DNA of 64,000 nucleotides, from positions 608,001 to 672,000 of the forward strand of contig OZ245777.1 of NCBI GenBank assembly GCA_965227775.1. The letters run 5' to 3'. Within the stretch, counting starts at the first letter, position 1; each line of letters begins with the position of its first letter. Origin of the DNA: Phycisphaerales bacterium (GTDB lineage: Bacteria; Planctomycetota; Phycisphaerae; Phycisphaerales; UBA1924). Below, piece by piece: positions 55,202 to 64,000 of this stretch. The notes below the pieces were generated by a model. The model was not told the origin of the DNA. It was given only the letters and a program-made list of their open reading frames with translations, and made no database searches. The translations under genes and the position numbers were made by a program.

Positions 55202-55840
55202 ATGCCGACGACCGTTGTCATTGCAGACGAGCACGAGCTCTTTCGGGACGCCGTACGCCACGTGATGGAACGGCGGCTCGGCGTTCAGGTGGCCGGCAGC
55301 GTCGCCGACGCTCAGGCGGCCTTTCTGGCCTGCCAAGCCGAGAAGCCGGACATCCTCGTCCTTGATCTGGATATGCCCGGCCGCGACGCGATCGCCACGC
55401 TCAGCGACATCCGATGGGCTTCGCCCGACACACGTGTGGTCATCCTGACCGGTCGCCATCACGACTCACTCATCCAGGCCGCTCTGGAACAAAGAGTGGC
55501 AGGATACCTACTCAAGTCCGATAGCACGGAGTCGCTCGTCGCGGCCTTCCAGCGCATAGCCGGAGGGCAACGTGCCTACTCAGACTCCATCAAGGACCGC
55601 TTTGTAGAGCATCCCCGACGCAAGACGGGACAGGCGATCGAGGCCACCCGTCTTTCAAAGTTGACACCACGAGAGAACGAAGTGCTCCGGTACATCGGAC
55701 GTGGGATGGACAACGGCGAGATGGCCCAGGTGATGATCTTGAGCAAACGCACCGTCGAGCGGCACGTGTCGAGGCTGATGGACTCGCTGGACATCCGCGA
55801 TCGAGCGGAGCTCCAGCGGTTCGCCAACTCCGCAGCATGA
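55202..55840 (+). CDS. NarL/LuxR-family DNA-binding response regulator
   Basis: IADEH, LDLDMPG, GYLLK, LTPRENEVL..KRTVERH. Confidence 0.88.
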   Translation: MPTTVVIADEHELFRDAVRHVMERRLGVQVAGSVADAQAAFLACQAEKPDILVLDLDMPGRDAIATLSDIRWASPDTRVVILTGRHHDSLIQAALEQRVAGYLLKSDSTESLVAAFQRIAGGQRAYSDSIKDRFVEHPRRKTGQAIEATRLSKLTPRENEVLRYIGRGMDNGEMAQVMILSKRTVERHVSRLMDSLDIRDRAELQRFANSAA

Positions 55841-55940
55841 CTCTCTCCGTTGAGGCTACCCCGCACGGTCTCAACGTATCCCCATCGCCCAAAAGCCCGC
55901 TTGCTCCAACGAAAATCAGCAACTTGCGTGCGTACCCCCA

Positions 55941-55968
55941 ACAAGATGCTTGCTTCCGTTGTCGATGT
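55941..55968 (+). promoter_or_regulatory. Putative sigma28-like promoter of the MCP gene
   Basis: ACAAG-N15-GTCGATGT. Confidence 0.35.
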
Positions 55969-56065
55969 CTTAACAAATCTCGCGGGTCCTGATGTTTGGA
56001 GACGCGAAGACAGCCACCTTCCGATTCACTCGGGATGATCTTGCTGATCACGACGGAGCGTTGCT

Positions 56066-58552
56066 ATGAACCTGAGTCACCGACTTCTCTCATTGGCCGT
56101 GGTCCTGTTGGGCACAACGGCCATGGCATCTTCCTTGGACGCGGGACCAGATGGCGGCCCCGACAAGCTGCAGCCGGGCACCAGTTCCCAAGTTGTTGCT
56201 GATCGCGCGAGCCAGACCGCCGCCCCCCCCCAACACGACGGAAGTCAGGACGAGTCTGGTGACGTTTCTCACGCTGGAGCCGCCGGAGCCGGATCCACGG
56301 GAAGCTACAGCCCGCCGCCCGCACGCATTCCGCATCGCGCCGCTTTCGGCAGCAAGGCGGGCACGGCGATGCCCTACGACCCTGTCCCGGATGCAATCGT
56401 GGACAACGGAGGGATCATTAAGATCTTCTCCGCAGTGACAGTTCTGGCAGTGCTCGTCACCTTCGGACTCGCGTTCTGGAGCTCGCGCACCACGAAGGCC
56501 GATGGTTCGCCGACGCGGGCCCTCACCCTCGGCACCAAGCTGACGTGCGGCTTTGGCGCGGTTATCACGGGCATCCTCCTGTTGACCGTGCTGTCCACTC
56601 GAGCCAGCATGCTCACGAAGAACGCCGCATTCGAGGCCGAGCATGTAGCCGATCAGGATGTGCTTGTTGCCAACATGAAGGCGGACATGCTGTCCGCCCG
56701 CCTGGCGATCAAGGACTTCCTGTTGACGAACAGCACGGAAGACCTGGACAAGTACTCTGATGCTGCCGCTACTTTTGCGCTCAAGCACGAACTGGCTGGC
56801 CAGACCATCACAAACCCGGAGCGGCTGGCCATGGTTGATCTCATCGGGACACACTTCGATGAGTACGAGCACACATTTGCCGAAGTAGTCAATCTGGTCG
56901 ATCAGCGCAACGCCATCATCTGGGATCTCATGGAACCGAGCGCTCACCGAGCGATCGAGCTGATCGAGGCAATCGATCACACGGCCCACGCAGATGGCAA
57001 CCTGGAGGCCAGCATCCTGGCGGCCGAAACCGAAGTCAAATTCCTCGAAGCGGAGCTCTACTTCTTCCAGTTCCTTCGCAGCGCGGAAGAAGAGCACGCC
57101 TTGGAAGCCCTCCGCTTTGCGGATGAGACCCGTCAGCATCTCAGCTTGCTGCTCCCAGAGTTGTCTAGTCCCGAGCGTCAGCTGATGGCACAGGAGGCCA
57201 AGGGAGCCATCACGTTCTGGATCGCGCAGATGGAGCGGGCAGAAGAGCTGCAGTTCGAACGCAACGCTCTTGTCAGCGACTCGCTTGAACCTTCCGGTGA
57301 CCAGGTCGCGTCCGAGGCGAGCGGGCTGGTCAAGTCGCTTGACGCGTACAAGAAGGAAGAGATGAACCGAGCGGAGGCAATCGCTCGGAGCGCGAAGACG
57401 CAGACCACCATGGTGTCGATCGGCGTTGCCCTGATGGGGGTCGTGCTCGCGTACTTCATCACCCGCGGCATCCTCAAGGGCCTGAACACCCTGGAGGCCC
57501 GCCTGAAGGACATCTCGCAAGGTGAGGGAGACTTGACCAAGCGAGTTGAAATCAAGACTCGCGACGAGATTGGCCAGGTGGCTCACTGGTTCAACGAATT
57601 CGTCGACAAGATCGAGCAGGTGGTCTCCGAGGTAAAGTCGGGCACTGCCCAGATCGACTCTGGCGGCGTCCAGATCGCGTCTGCAAGCCAGACGCTCGCA
57701 CAGGGCGCCAGCGAGCAGGCCAGCAGCCTGCAGCAGATCAGCGCATCGATCGAGGAGCTCTCGGGCCAAACCCAGCAGAGCGCCGAAAACGCGCGTCAGG
57801 CAAACACCCTTGCGGAAGACAGCAAGAGCTCAGCCGACCGCGGCCAGCAAGAGATGGCCTCGATGGCCGATGCCGTGAACGAGATCAAGCAATCCAGCGC
57901 CGAGATCTCGAACATCATCAAGGTCATTGACGAGATCGCCTTCCAGACTAACTTGCTTGCCCTGAACGCCGCGGTCGAGGCCGCGCGTGCGGGCGAAGCC
58001 GGCAAGGGGTTCGCAGTCGTGGCCGAGGAAGTACGCAACCTCGCGCAGCGATCGGCCGAGGCCGCCAAGAACACGGCCACGATGATCGAGGCATCGGTCA
58101 AGCGCTCGGAAAACGGCGTGCAGATCGCCGGACGCGTTGGCCAGGCCCTCCAGGAAATCACGACTTCGACAAACAAGGTAAACACCCTGCTTTCGGAGAT
58201 CGCCTCGGCCGCCAGTGAGCAGGCGACAGGCATCAGCCAGATCAATCAGGGAGTCAGCCAACTCGACCAAGTGACCCAGCAGAATGCGGGCAACAGCGAG
58301 GAGATGGCCTCGTCCGCCGAGGAATTGTCTTCACAGGTCGCAAGCCTGAACACGCTGGTCGAGCAGTTCAAGGTTGGCGGCGGCACGTCGGCACAGCACG
58401 CTTCGGCTACAGGCCAAGCGACACCGCGCTCGACCACGACGGCGCATGCAGCGCCTGCGAAGAGCGCGCCAGTCACATCTACTGCGGCCAGCGCACCGAC
58501 AGCAGAGCAGCTCATCCCGATGGATGAGGACGAGGTTCTCGCGTCCTTCTGA
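56066..58552 (+). CDS. Methyl-accepting chemotaxis protein with N-terminal extension
   Basis: TM, helical periplasmic domain, TM, HAMP (GDLTKR..DEIGQV..FN), [34 protein letters not shown]. Ends [15 protein letters not shown]. Confidence 0.92.
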   Translation: MNLSHRLLSLAVVLLGTTAMASSLDAGPDGGPDKLQPGTSSQVVADRASQTAAPPQHDGSQDESGDVSHAGAAGAGSTGSYSPPPARIPHRAAFGSKAGTAMPYDPVPDAIVDNGGIIKIFSAVTVLAVLVTFGLAFWSSRTTKADGSPTRALTLGTKLTCGFGAVITGILLLTVLSTRASMLTKNAAFEAEHVADQDVLVANMKADMLSARLAIKDFLLTNSTEDLDKYSDAAATFALKHELAGQTITNPERLAMVDLIGTHFDEYEHTFAEVVNLVDQRNAIIWDLMEPSAHRAIELIEAIDHTAHADGNLEASILAAETEVKFLEAELYFFQFLRSAEEEHALEALRFADETRQHLSLLLPELSSPERQLMAQEAKGAITFWIAQMERAEELQFERNALVSDSLEPSGDQVASEASGLVKSLDAYKKEEMNRAEAIARSAKTQTTMVSIGVALMGVVLAYFITRGILKGLNTLEARLKDISQGEGDLTKRVEIKTRDEIGQVAHWFNEFVDKIEQVVSEVKSGTAQIDSGGVQIASASQTLAQGASEQASSLQQISASIEELSGQTQQSAENARQANTLAEDSKSSADRGQQEMASMADAVNEIKQSSAEISNIIKVIDEIAFQTNLLALNAAVEAARAGEAGKGFAVVAEEVRNLAQRSAEAAKNTATMIEASVKRSENGVQIAGRVGQALQEITTSTNKVNTLLSEIASAASEQATGISQINQGVSQLDQVTQQNAGNSEEMASSAEELSSQVASLNTLVEQFKVGGGTSAQHASATGQATPRSTTTAHAAPAKSAPVTSTAASAPTAEQLIPMDEDEVLASF

Positions 58553-58655
58553 CTCACTCGTGTCGGTCTGGGTTAACGCCCGGACCGGTGCTTTCACAAC
58601 GCCGGGCCTAAGCCAGCCCCAATGGGAGGGCCTTCGCTCGACGAGGATCCACCGC

Positions 58656-59477
58656 ATGCCGGCCGTCGACTCGCTGTCAAACGATCAGTTCGCACGCATC
58701 TCCGTGCTTGCCAAGCGCCGATGGGGACTTGCGCTGACAGAGAACAAGATGCAGCTGGTATCCAACCGGCTCACCTCGTTCTTGCGCAAGTCCGAGTTTG
58801 CCGGCATCGCCGAGTATCTCGAGTATTTGGAAGACGGCGCATCCGAGGCGGACATGCTGATGTTCTTTGACCTCTTGTCGACGAACGTGACCAGCTTCTT
58901 CCGCGACCGGATGCACTTCGACTATCTCGAGCGCGAGCTTTTCACGGCGCTCGCCCGCGGCAACCTGGCACTGCCCGGCCGAAAGCTGCGGCTGTGGAGC
59001 GCCGGTTGTTCGACCGGGTGCGAGCCGTACACGATGGCGATGGTGGCCTACGACAGCCTGTGCGAGCGATCCGATTGGGATGTGCAAATCCTCGCGACAG
59101 ACCTCTCGAACAAGGCCGTACGCGCCGCTCGGGCCGGCGTGTATCGCGAGGACGAGATCAAGACGCTACCCAAGGACCTGCTCGAACGCCACTTCGAGCG
59201 GCAGGGCAATCAGTGGGTTGTCCGGCAGCACCTGCGCAAGATGGTCAAGATCGCGCAGCTCAATCTCATGGGCCCATGGCCAATGACCGGACCGTTCGAC
59301 GTGATCTTCTGCCGCAACGTCATGATCTACTTCGACGGGCCCACCAGGGCGTCGCTTGTGGACCGGTTCGCCTCACTGCTGCGTCCCCGAGCGCTGTTCG
59401 CAGTCGGCAGCGCAGAAACACTGGCGGGCATGCAGACCGGTCTTGATTCCGTTATTCCATCGATGTACTCGAAGTAG
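58656..59477 (+). CDS. cheR: Chemotaxis methyltransferase CheR
   Basis: STNVTSFFRD, WSAGCSTGCEPY, ILATD, FDVIFCRNVMIYF. Confidence 0.93.
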   Translation: MPAVDSLSNDQFARISVLAKRRWGLALTENKMQLVSNRLTSFLRKSEFAGIAEYLEYLEDGASEADMLMFFDLLSTNVTSFFRDRMHFDYLERELFTALARGNLALPGRKLRLWSAGCSTGCEPYTMAMVAYDSLCERSDWDVQILATDLSNKAVRAARAGVYREDEIKTLPKDLLERHFERQGNQWVVRQHLRKMVKIAQLNLMGPWPMTGPFDVIFCRNVMIYFDGPTRASLVDRFASLLRPRALFAVGSAETLAGMQTGLDSVIPSMYSK

Positions 59478-59492
59478 GTCCGGAGGCACGGA

Positions 59493-60020
59493 TTGGAATC
59501 GGCTAGCACCATTCAGACCCCCGCCGCGAAAACGGAGCGACTCGTTGTCGGCATTGCCGCCATGGAGGTGTCGAACGACCCGAACGCCACGCTCGTGACC
59601 TATGCGCTCGGCTCGTGCATCGCCGTGACGGTGTTCGATCCAGTGACGCACGTCGGCGGCATGTTGCACCTGATGTTGCCCCAGTCGTCACAAAGCCCCG
59701 AGAAGGCCAAGACGAATCCGTGCATGTTCGCAGACTTGGGTATCCCCATGCTGTTTAAGAGCGCTTATGAGCTTGGCGCCAAGAAGGAGCGACTGGTGGT
59801 GTGCGCAGCGGGCGGGGCGGAGATCCTGGCCGATGGAGGGCACTTCAAGATCGGCTCGCGCAACCGCACCATGCTCCGCAAGCTGTTCTGGAAGAACAGT
59901 ATTCTGCTTGCCGCTGAAGACACGGGCGGTTCTCAAAGCCGCACCATGACACTGCGACTGTCCGATGGCTATGCCTCGGTGAAGAGCAAGAACGAGGAGC
60001 GCGCACTATGGCCCAACTGA
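59493..60020 (+). CDS. cheD: Chemoreceptor glutamine deamidase CheD
   Basis: TYALGSCIAV, GGMLHLMLP, AGGA, IGSRN, EDTGG. Confidence 0.92.
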   Translation: MESASTIQTPAAKTERLVVGIAAMEVSNDPNATLVTYALGSCIAVTVFDPVTHVGGMLHLMLPQSSQSPEKAKTNPCMFADLGIPMLFKSAYELGAKKERLVVCAAGGAEILADGGHFKIGSRNRTMLRKLFWKNSILLAAEDTGGSQSRTMTLRLSDGYASVKSKNEERALWPN

Positions 60021-60877
60021 GCGACATCCTCGCGATCGAGAATCTGCCCGCAATGCCCTCGGCCATGGCACGAGCGGTGCCGCTGCTGCTCGACCCTGAT
60101 TCTGACCTCGCCGATCTCGAGCAGGTCATTCGCCAGGACGAAGCGATGACGAGCGCCGTATTGCGGCTGGCCAACTCGGCTCGCTATGGTGCTCCTGGGC
60201 AACAGTTCGACTTGCGCCGTTCGATGGCGCGACTCGGTCGCGACCCGCTCCGACGGTGCATTCTCGAGCAGCACGTGTGCAGCGTCGCAGGCGGCGACAA
60301 CCCCGCGTTCGGCCTCAACCGTGGTGCGCTGTGGCGCAGCGCCTTGGCCGGGGCGCTCGCCGCCGAACACCTGGCAATCGAGCACAAATTCGACCAGCCC
60401 TCGTTGGCTTTCCTGTGCGGCCTGCTGCGAGACATCGGCAAGCTAGCGCTCGACTCATTCTATGGATCGAGCTACCTATCGCTGCTGGACCAACGCTCTG
60501 GGACCGGTGCGACCTTTGTCGAGCAGGAGCATCGCTCGCTTGGCTTCGATCATGCAACGGTTGGTGCCGAGCTGGTACGCCGATGGAACTTCCCCGATCG
60601 CGTCGCGTTCGCGATCGAGCATCACCACGCGCCGCCAAAGCTTGACGAGAACCACGACGATCTCTGTGATCTTGTCCACACGGCCGACACGATTTGCTTG
60701 TGGGCCGGCATTGGCACGGGCGTGGACGGTCTCGAGTATCGCCTTTCGCAGCACGTACGCGAAGGCTTGGGCATCGATCGACGTTCTGCCGAGCGACTAA
60801 TCGCCACGGTGTGGCAGAAGCTGTGCGAGGCCGAGGCCTCCATGCACGGACCTAGCGACCAAGGAGCAGCGGCATGA
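60008..60877 (+). CDS. HDOD-domain protein
   Basis: LPAMP, VLRLANS, GLLRDIGKL, DHATVG..WNFP..IEHHH. Confidence 0.88.
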   Translation: MAQLSDILAIENLPAMPSAMARAVPLLLDPDSDLADLEQVIRQDEAMTSAVLRLANSARYGAPGQQFDLRRSMARLGRDPLRRCILEQHVCSVAGGDNPAFGLNRGALWRSALAGALAAEHLAIEHKFDQPSLAFLCGLLRDIGKLALDSFYGSSYLSLLDQRSGTGATFVEQEHRSLGFDHATVGAELVRRWNFPDRVAFAIEHHHAPPKLDENHDDLCDLVHTADTICLWAGIGTGVDGLEYRLSQHVREGLGIDRRSAERLIATVWQKLCEAEASMHGPSDQGAAA

Positions 60878-61257
60878 ATTGCAACGTTCTGATTGTTGAC
60901 GACTCGGCAATCCTGCGCAAGGCAATCCGCAAGGTCGTCCGCCTCGCGGGCATTGAGGACGACCGCATCCATGATGCGGGCAATGGGCAAGAGGCTCTGG
61001 AAGTGCTCGAGACGGTGTGGATCGACCTAGTACTGCTCGACATGAATATGCCGGTGATGGACGGGGAGCAGTTCGCCACGGAGCTGCGCAAAAATCCCGA
61101 TCTGGCCGACGTGGCCATTGTCGTCGTCTCAACCGAGGCCAACAAGAACCGACTCGACCGTATGCGTGAGCTGGGCGTGATCGACGTGCTGCGCAAGCCC
61201 TTCGAGCCCGAGGACCTCCACCGATTGATCCCCAAGGTGCTAGGAGTCAAGCTATGA
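60874..61257 (+). CDS. Single-domain response regulator (CheY-like)
   Basis: LIVDDS, LLDMNMPVMDG, VVSTE, KPF. Confidence 0.88.
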   Translation: MNCNVLIVDDSAILRKAIRKVVRLAGIEDDRIHDAGNGQEALEVLETVWIDLVLLDMNMPVMDGEQFATELRKNPDLADVAIVVVSTEANKNRLDRMRELGVIDVLRKPFEPEDLHRLIPKVLGVKL

Positions 61258-61724
61258 CCGACCTTTCGGCAGACTATCTGATTGAGGCGACGGTGACCGC
61301 TCTCGAACGAACCGCAATGGTGCTCGCCGAGCCTGCCACCGACGCGGACGACCACGAGCCCGCCACCGCATACGCACGCATCTTGTACAACGGCCCCACT
61401 TCGGGCACGCTCACGCTGGCCGCGACCGATGGCTTCCTGCGCGAGCTGGCCTCGAGCCTTCTAGGCGTCGAGCCCGAAGAGATCGAAGTGGCCGAGCAGG
61501 GGCTGGACGCGCTTAAGGAGATGGCCAACATCCTCGGCGGCTCGGTCATCGTCGCCATGTCGGGCGACACCTGCGATTTCTCGCTGGGCTTGCCAAGCAT
61601 CGTCTCTACGTCGGATGCTCCTATGCCGGGTGATTCCGCGAGCCATGCTGCCTGCACCGTGACCACCGATGACGGCGTGCTACGCGTGACGTGGACGCGC
61701 GATTCGGCTTCGAAGGCAGCCTAG
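61254..61724 (+). CDS. CheX-like protein
   Basis: LLG..DALKEMANILGG (ExxN), LGLP. Confidence 0.75.
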   Translation: MTDLSADYLIEATVTALERTAMVLAEPATDADDHEPATAYARILYNGPTSGTLTLAATDGFLRELASSLLGVEPEEIEVAEQGLDALKEMANILGGSVIVAMSGDTCDFSLGLPSIVSTSDAPMPGDSASHAACTVTTDDGVLRVTWTRDSASKAA

Positions 61725-61734
61725 CGAGGATTAG

Positions 61735-62790
<1,056 letters not shown>

Positions 62791-62923
62791 GACCTGTCGA
62801 CTATTTGCTCACAGCCAGCCCACTCCCACAGCTGGGCGCCAATCCCCAACTGCCGGGAGTCGTACCCCCTACAACACTCGTCATCCATGCCATGCGTTGC
62901 CTATAGGGCTGCTAGACACACAC

Positions 62924-64000
62924 CTAGACTTTGAAGCGGTTGATTGCGGATCGGAGCGTCCCCACCTGTGCGACAGATCCTTGCGCGCTGGAGGCTAGCT
63001 CCTCAGAGTTACCAGCAGTCTGCTGCATGACATTGTCAAGATCTCTGACGCCCGTCCCAATCTCACTGATGCCGCCCGCTTGCTCCCGACACGCGTTCGC
63101 TATCTCACCAAGGATCGTGTTGACTTTCTGAGTACCGCCCGCAATCTCATCAAGCGCGGTCCCTACGTTGAGCGCAGCAGACACGCCATGCTCGATTCGT
63201 TGTGTCGATTGCGCGATCATGGCTCCCGTGCTCTTGGCCGCCTCGGTGCTGCGTAGCGCAAGGCTCCGAACCTCTTCGGCGACAACAGCGAATCCCTTGC
63301 CGGCTTCACCAGCTCGCGCGGCTTCGACCGCTGCATTCAAGGCCAGAATATTGGTCTGAAAAGCGATGTCATCGATCACTCGAATGACGTCCTCGATCTC
63401 TTTGGCGGACTCGGTCATGCTCTCGAGCGCTTCGTTCATAGCCTTGGTCTCGCTCCTGCCACGAGACGCGTTCTCGAACGTCTCTGCTGCGATCTCTGCA
63501 GCTGCTCTGGCACTCTTGGCATTGTCGCTTGTTTGACTCGTGAGTTCTTCAAGCGAAGCGCTGATTTGTTCGAGGTTGGCCGCTTGATGAGATGCACTTG
63601 ATGCCATGGACTCGCTCGCCTTGGCAATCTGCTGGGACCTCTGGTCTATGGTATCTGCTCCGCTCGCGACTTCTCGAATGACCGGCGCCAAGTTATCAAG
63701 GAACACATTGAACAAAGATGCCAGTTCACGTAGCTCTGATGCCGAGTGGAGATGAATCCTCTGCGTGAGATCACCATCACCCTTGGCCACATCGAGCATG
63801 CGCGCGCGGAGGAGACGGATCGGCTGAAGTACGGTGTAGATAACCCACACATTGAGTATCAGGAGCAACGCGATAGTGGACATCGCAATCACACCTGTAG
63901 TGGCACTTTCTGATCGAGCGGACATATGCACACCACGGGCGGACGCATTCAGGTCGTTCGCCAGGCGATCCTCGATAGCTTTGAGTTCTTCAATCTTCGA
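62924..64000 (-). CDS. Methyl-accepting chemotaxis protein (5'-truncated by window edge)
   Basis: Frame is open to the window end. TM, HAMP (GDGDLTQR), [34 protein letters not shown]. Confidence 0.9.
   Translation of the reverse strand, partial: SKIEELKAIEDRLANDLNASARGVHMSARSESATTGVIAMSTIALLLILNVWVIYTVLQPIRLLRARMLDVAKGDGDLTQRIHLHSASELRELASLFNVFLDNLAPVIREVASGADTIDQRSQQIAKASESMASSASHQAANLEQISASLEELTSQTSDNAKSARAAAEIAAETFENASRGRSETKAMNEALESMTESAKEIEDVIRVIDDIAFQTNILALNAAVEAARAGEAGKGFAVVAEEVRSLALRSTEAAKSTGAMIAQSTQRIEHGVSAALNVGTALDEIAGGTQKVNTILGEIANACREQAGGISEIGTGVRDLDNVMQQTAGNSEELASSAQGSVAQVGTLRSAINRFKV

Noticed and set aside
55841..56065. c-di-GMP riboswitch upstream of the MCP
   Set aside because: A hairpin (CGTTGAG..CTCAACG) exists, but the GEMM-type GGCAAA / tetraloop-receptor pattern was not found.
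56090..57769. 559-aa minus-strand ORF (likewise 378-1832, 17102-18595, 19242-20627, 36433-38175, 39842-41185)
   Set aside because: Each lies opposite well-supported genes and lacks recognisable domains.

Overview
High-GC bacterial DNA whose gene families point to Planctomycetota, most likely Phycisphaerales (inference from GC-type dockerin C-termini, a TIGR02999-like ECF sigma/Ser-Thr kinase pair, a large LptD and CxxCG(Y/F)xLxxL..CxECG membrane proteins). From left to right: (1) 1-11.7 kb, a variable block with a dockerin-anchored protein, MscS, two zinc-ribbon membrane proteins, a secreted gene pair (one visibly lower in GC), a 38-bp repeat in front of two orphan genes, lptD and DUF2071. 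(2) metH, split into two overlapping ORFs at the pterin/cobalamin domain boundary. (3) A co-oriented run of gabD, a GH-A-like gene, gabT, a nitrilase-family amidase, a large PLP decarboxylase, an ATP-grasp ligase and a C45 Ntn-hydrolase. This is the best candidate for an undescribed pathway: a GABA/amine shunt coupled to amide ligation and hydrolysis. (4) An atypical Fur, a renalase-like oxidoreductase and an S9 peptidase. (5) A complete cbb3 oxidase operon (ccoNO fusion, Q, P, G, H, a DsbD_2/TauE-like gene, I, and ccoS, which the ORF track missed), divergent from an Rrf2 regulator. (6) An ECF sigma, a Ser/Thr kinase-TPR and an FG-GAP/dockerin surface protein. (7) A tRNA 3'-end remnant (att-like), then a chemosensory cluster (PilZ-FapA, cheY, cheX, double-Hpt cheA, cheW, NarL-type regulator, MCP, cheR, cheD, HDOD, receiver, cheX, cheB, MCP) with recurring sigma28-like promoters. 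No CRISPR, rRNA, intact tRNA, integrase or transposase was recognised. All assignments come from reading motifs by eye; no database search was run.
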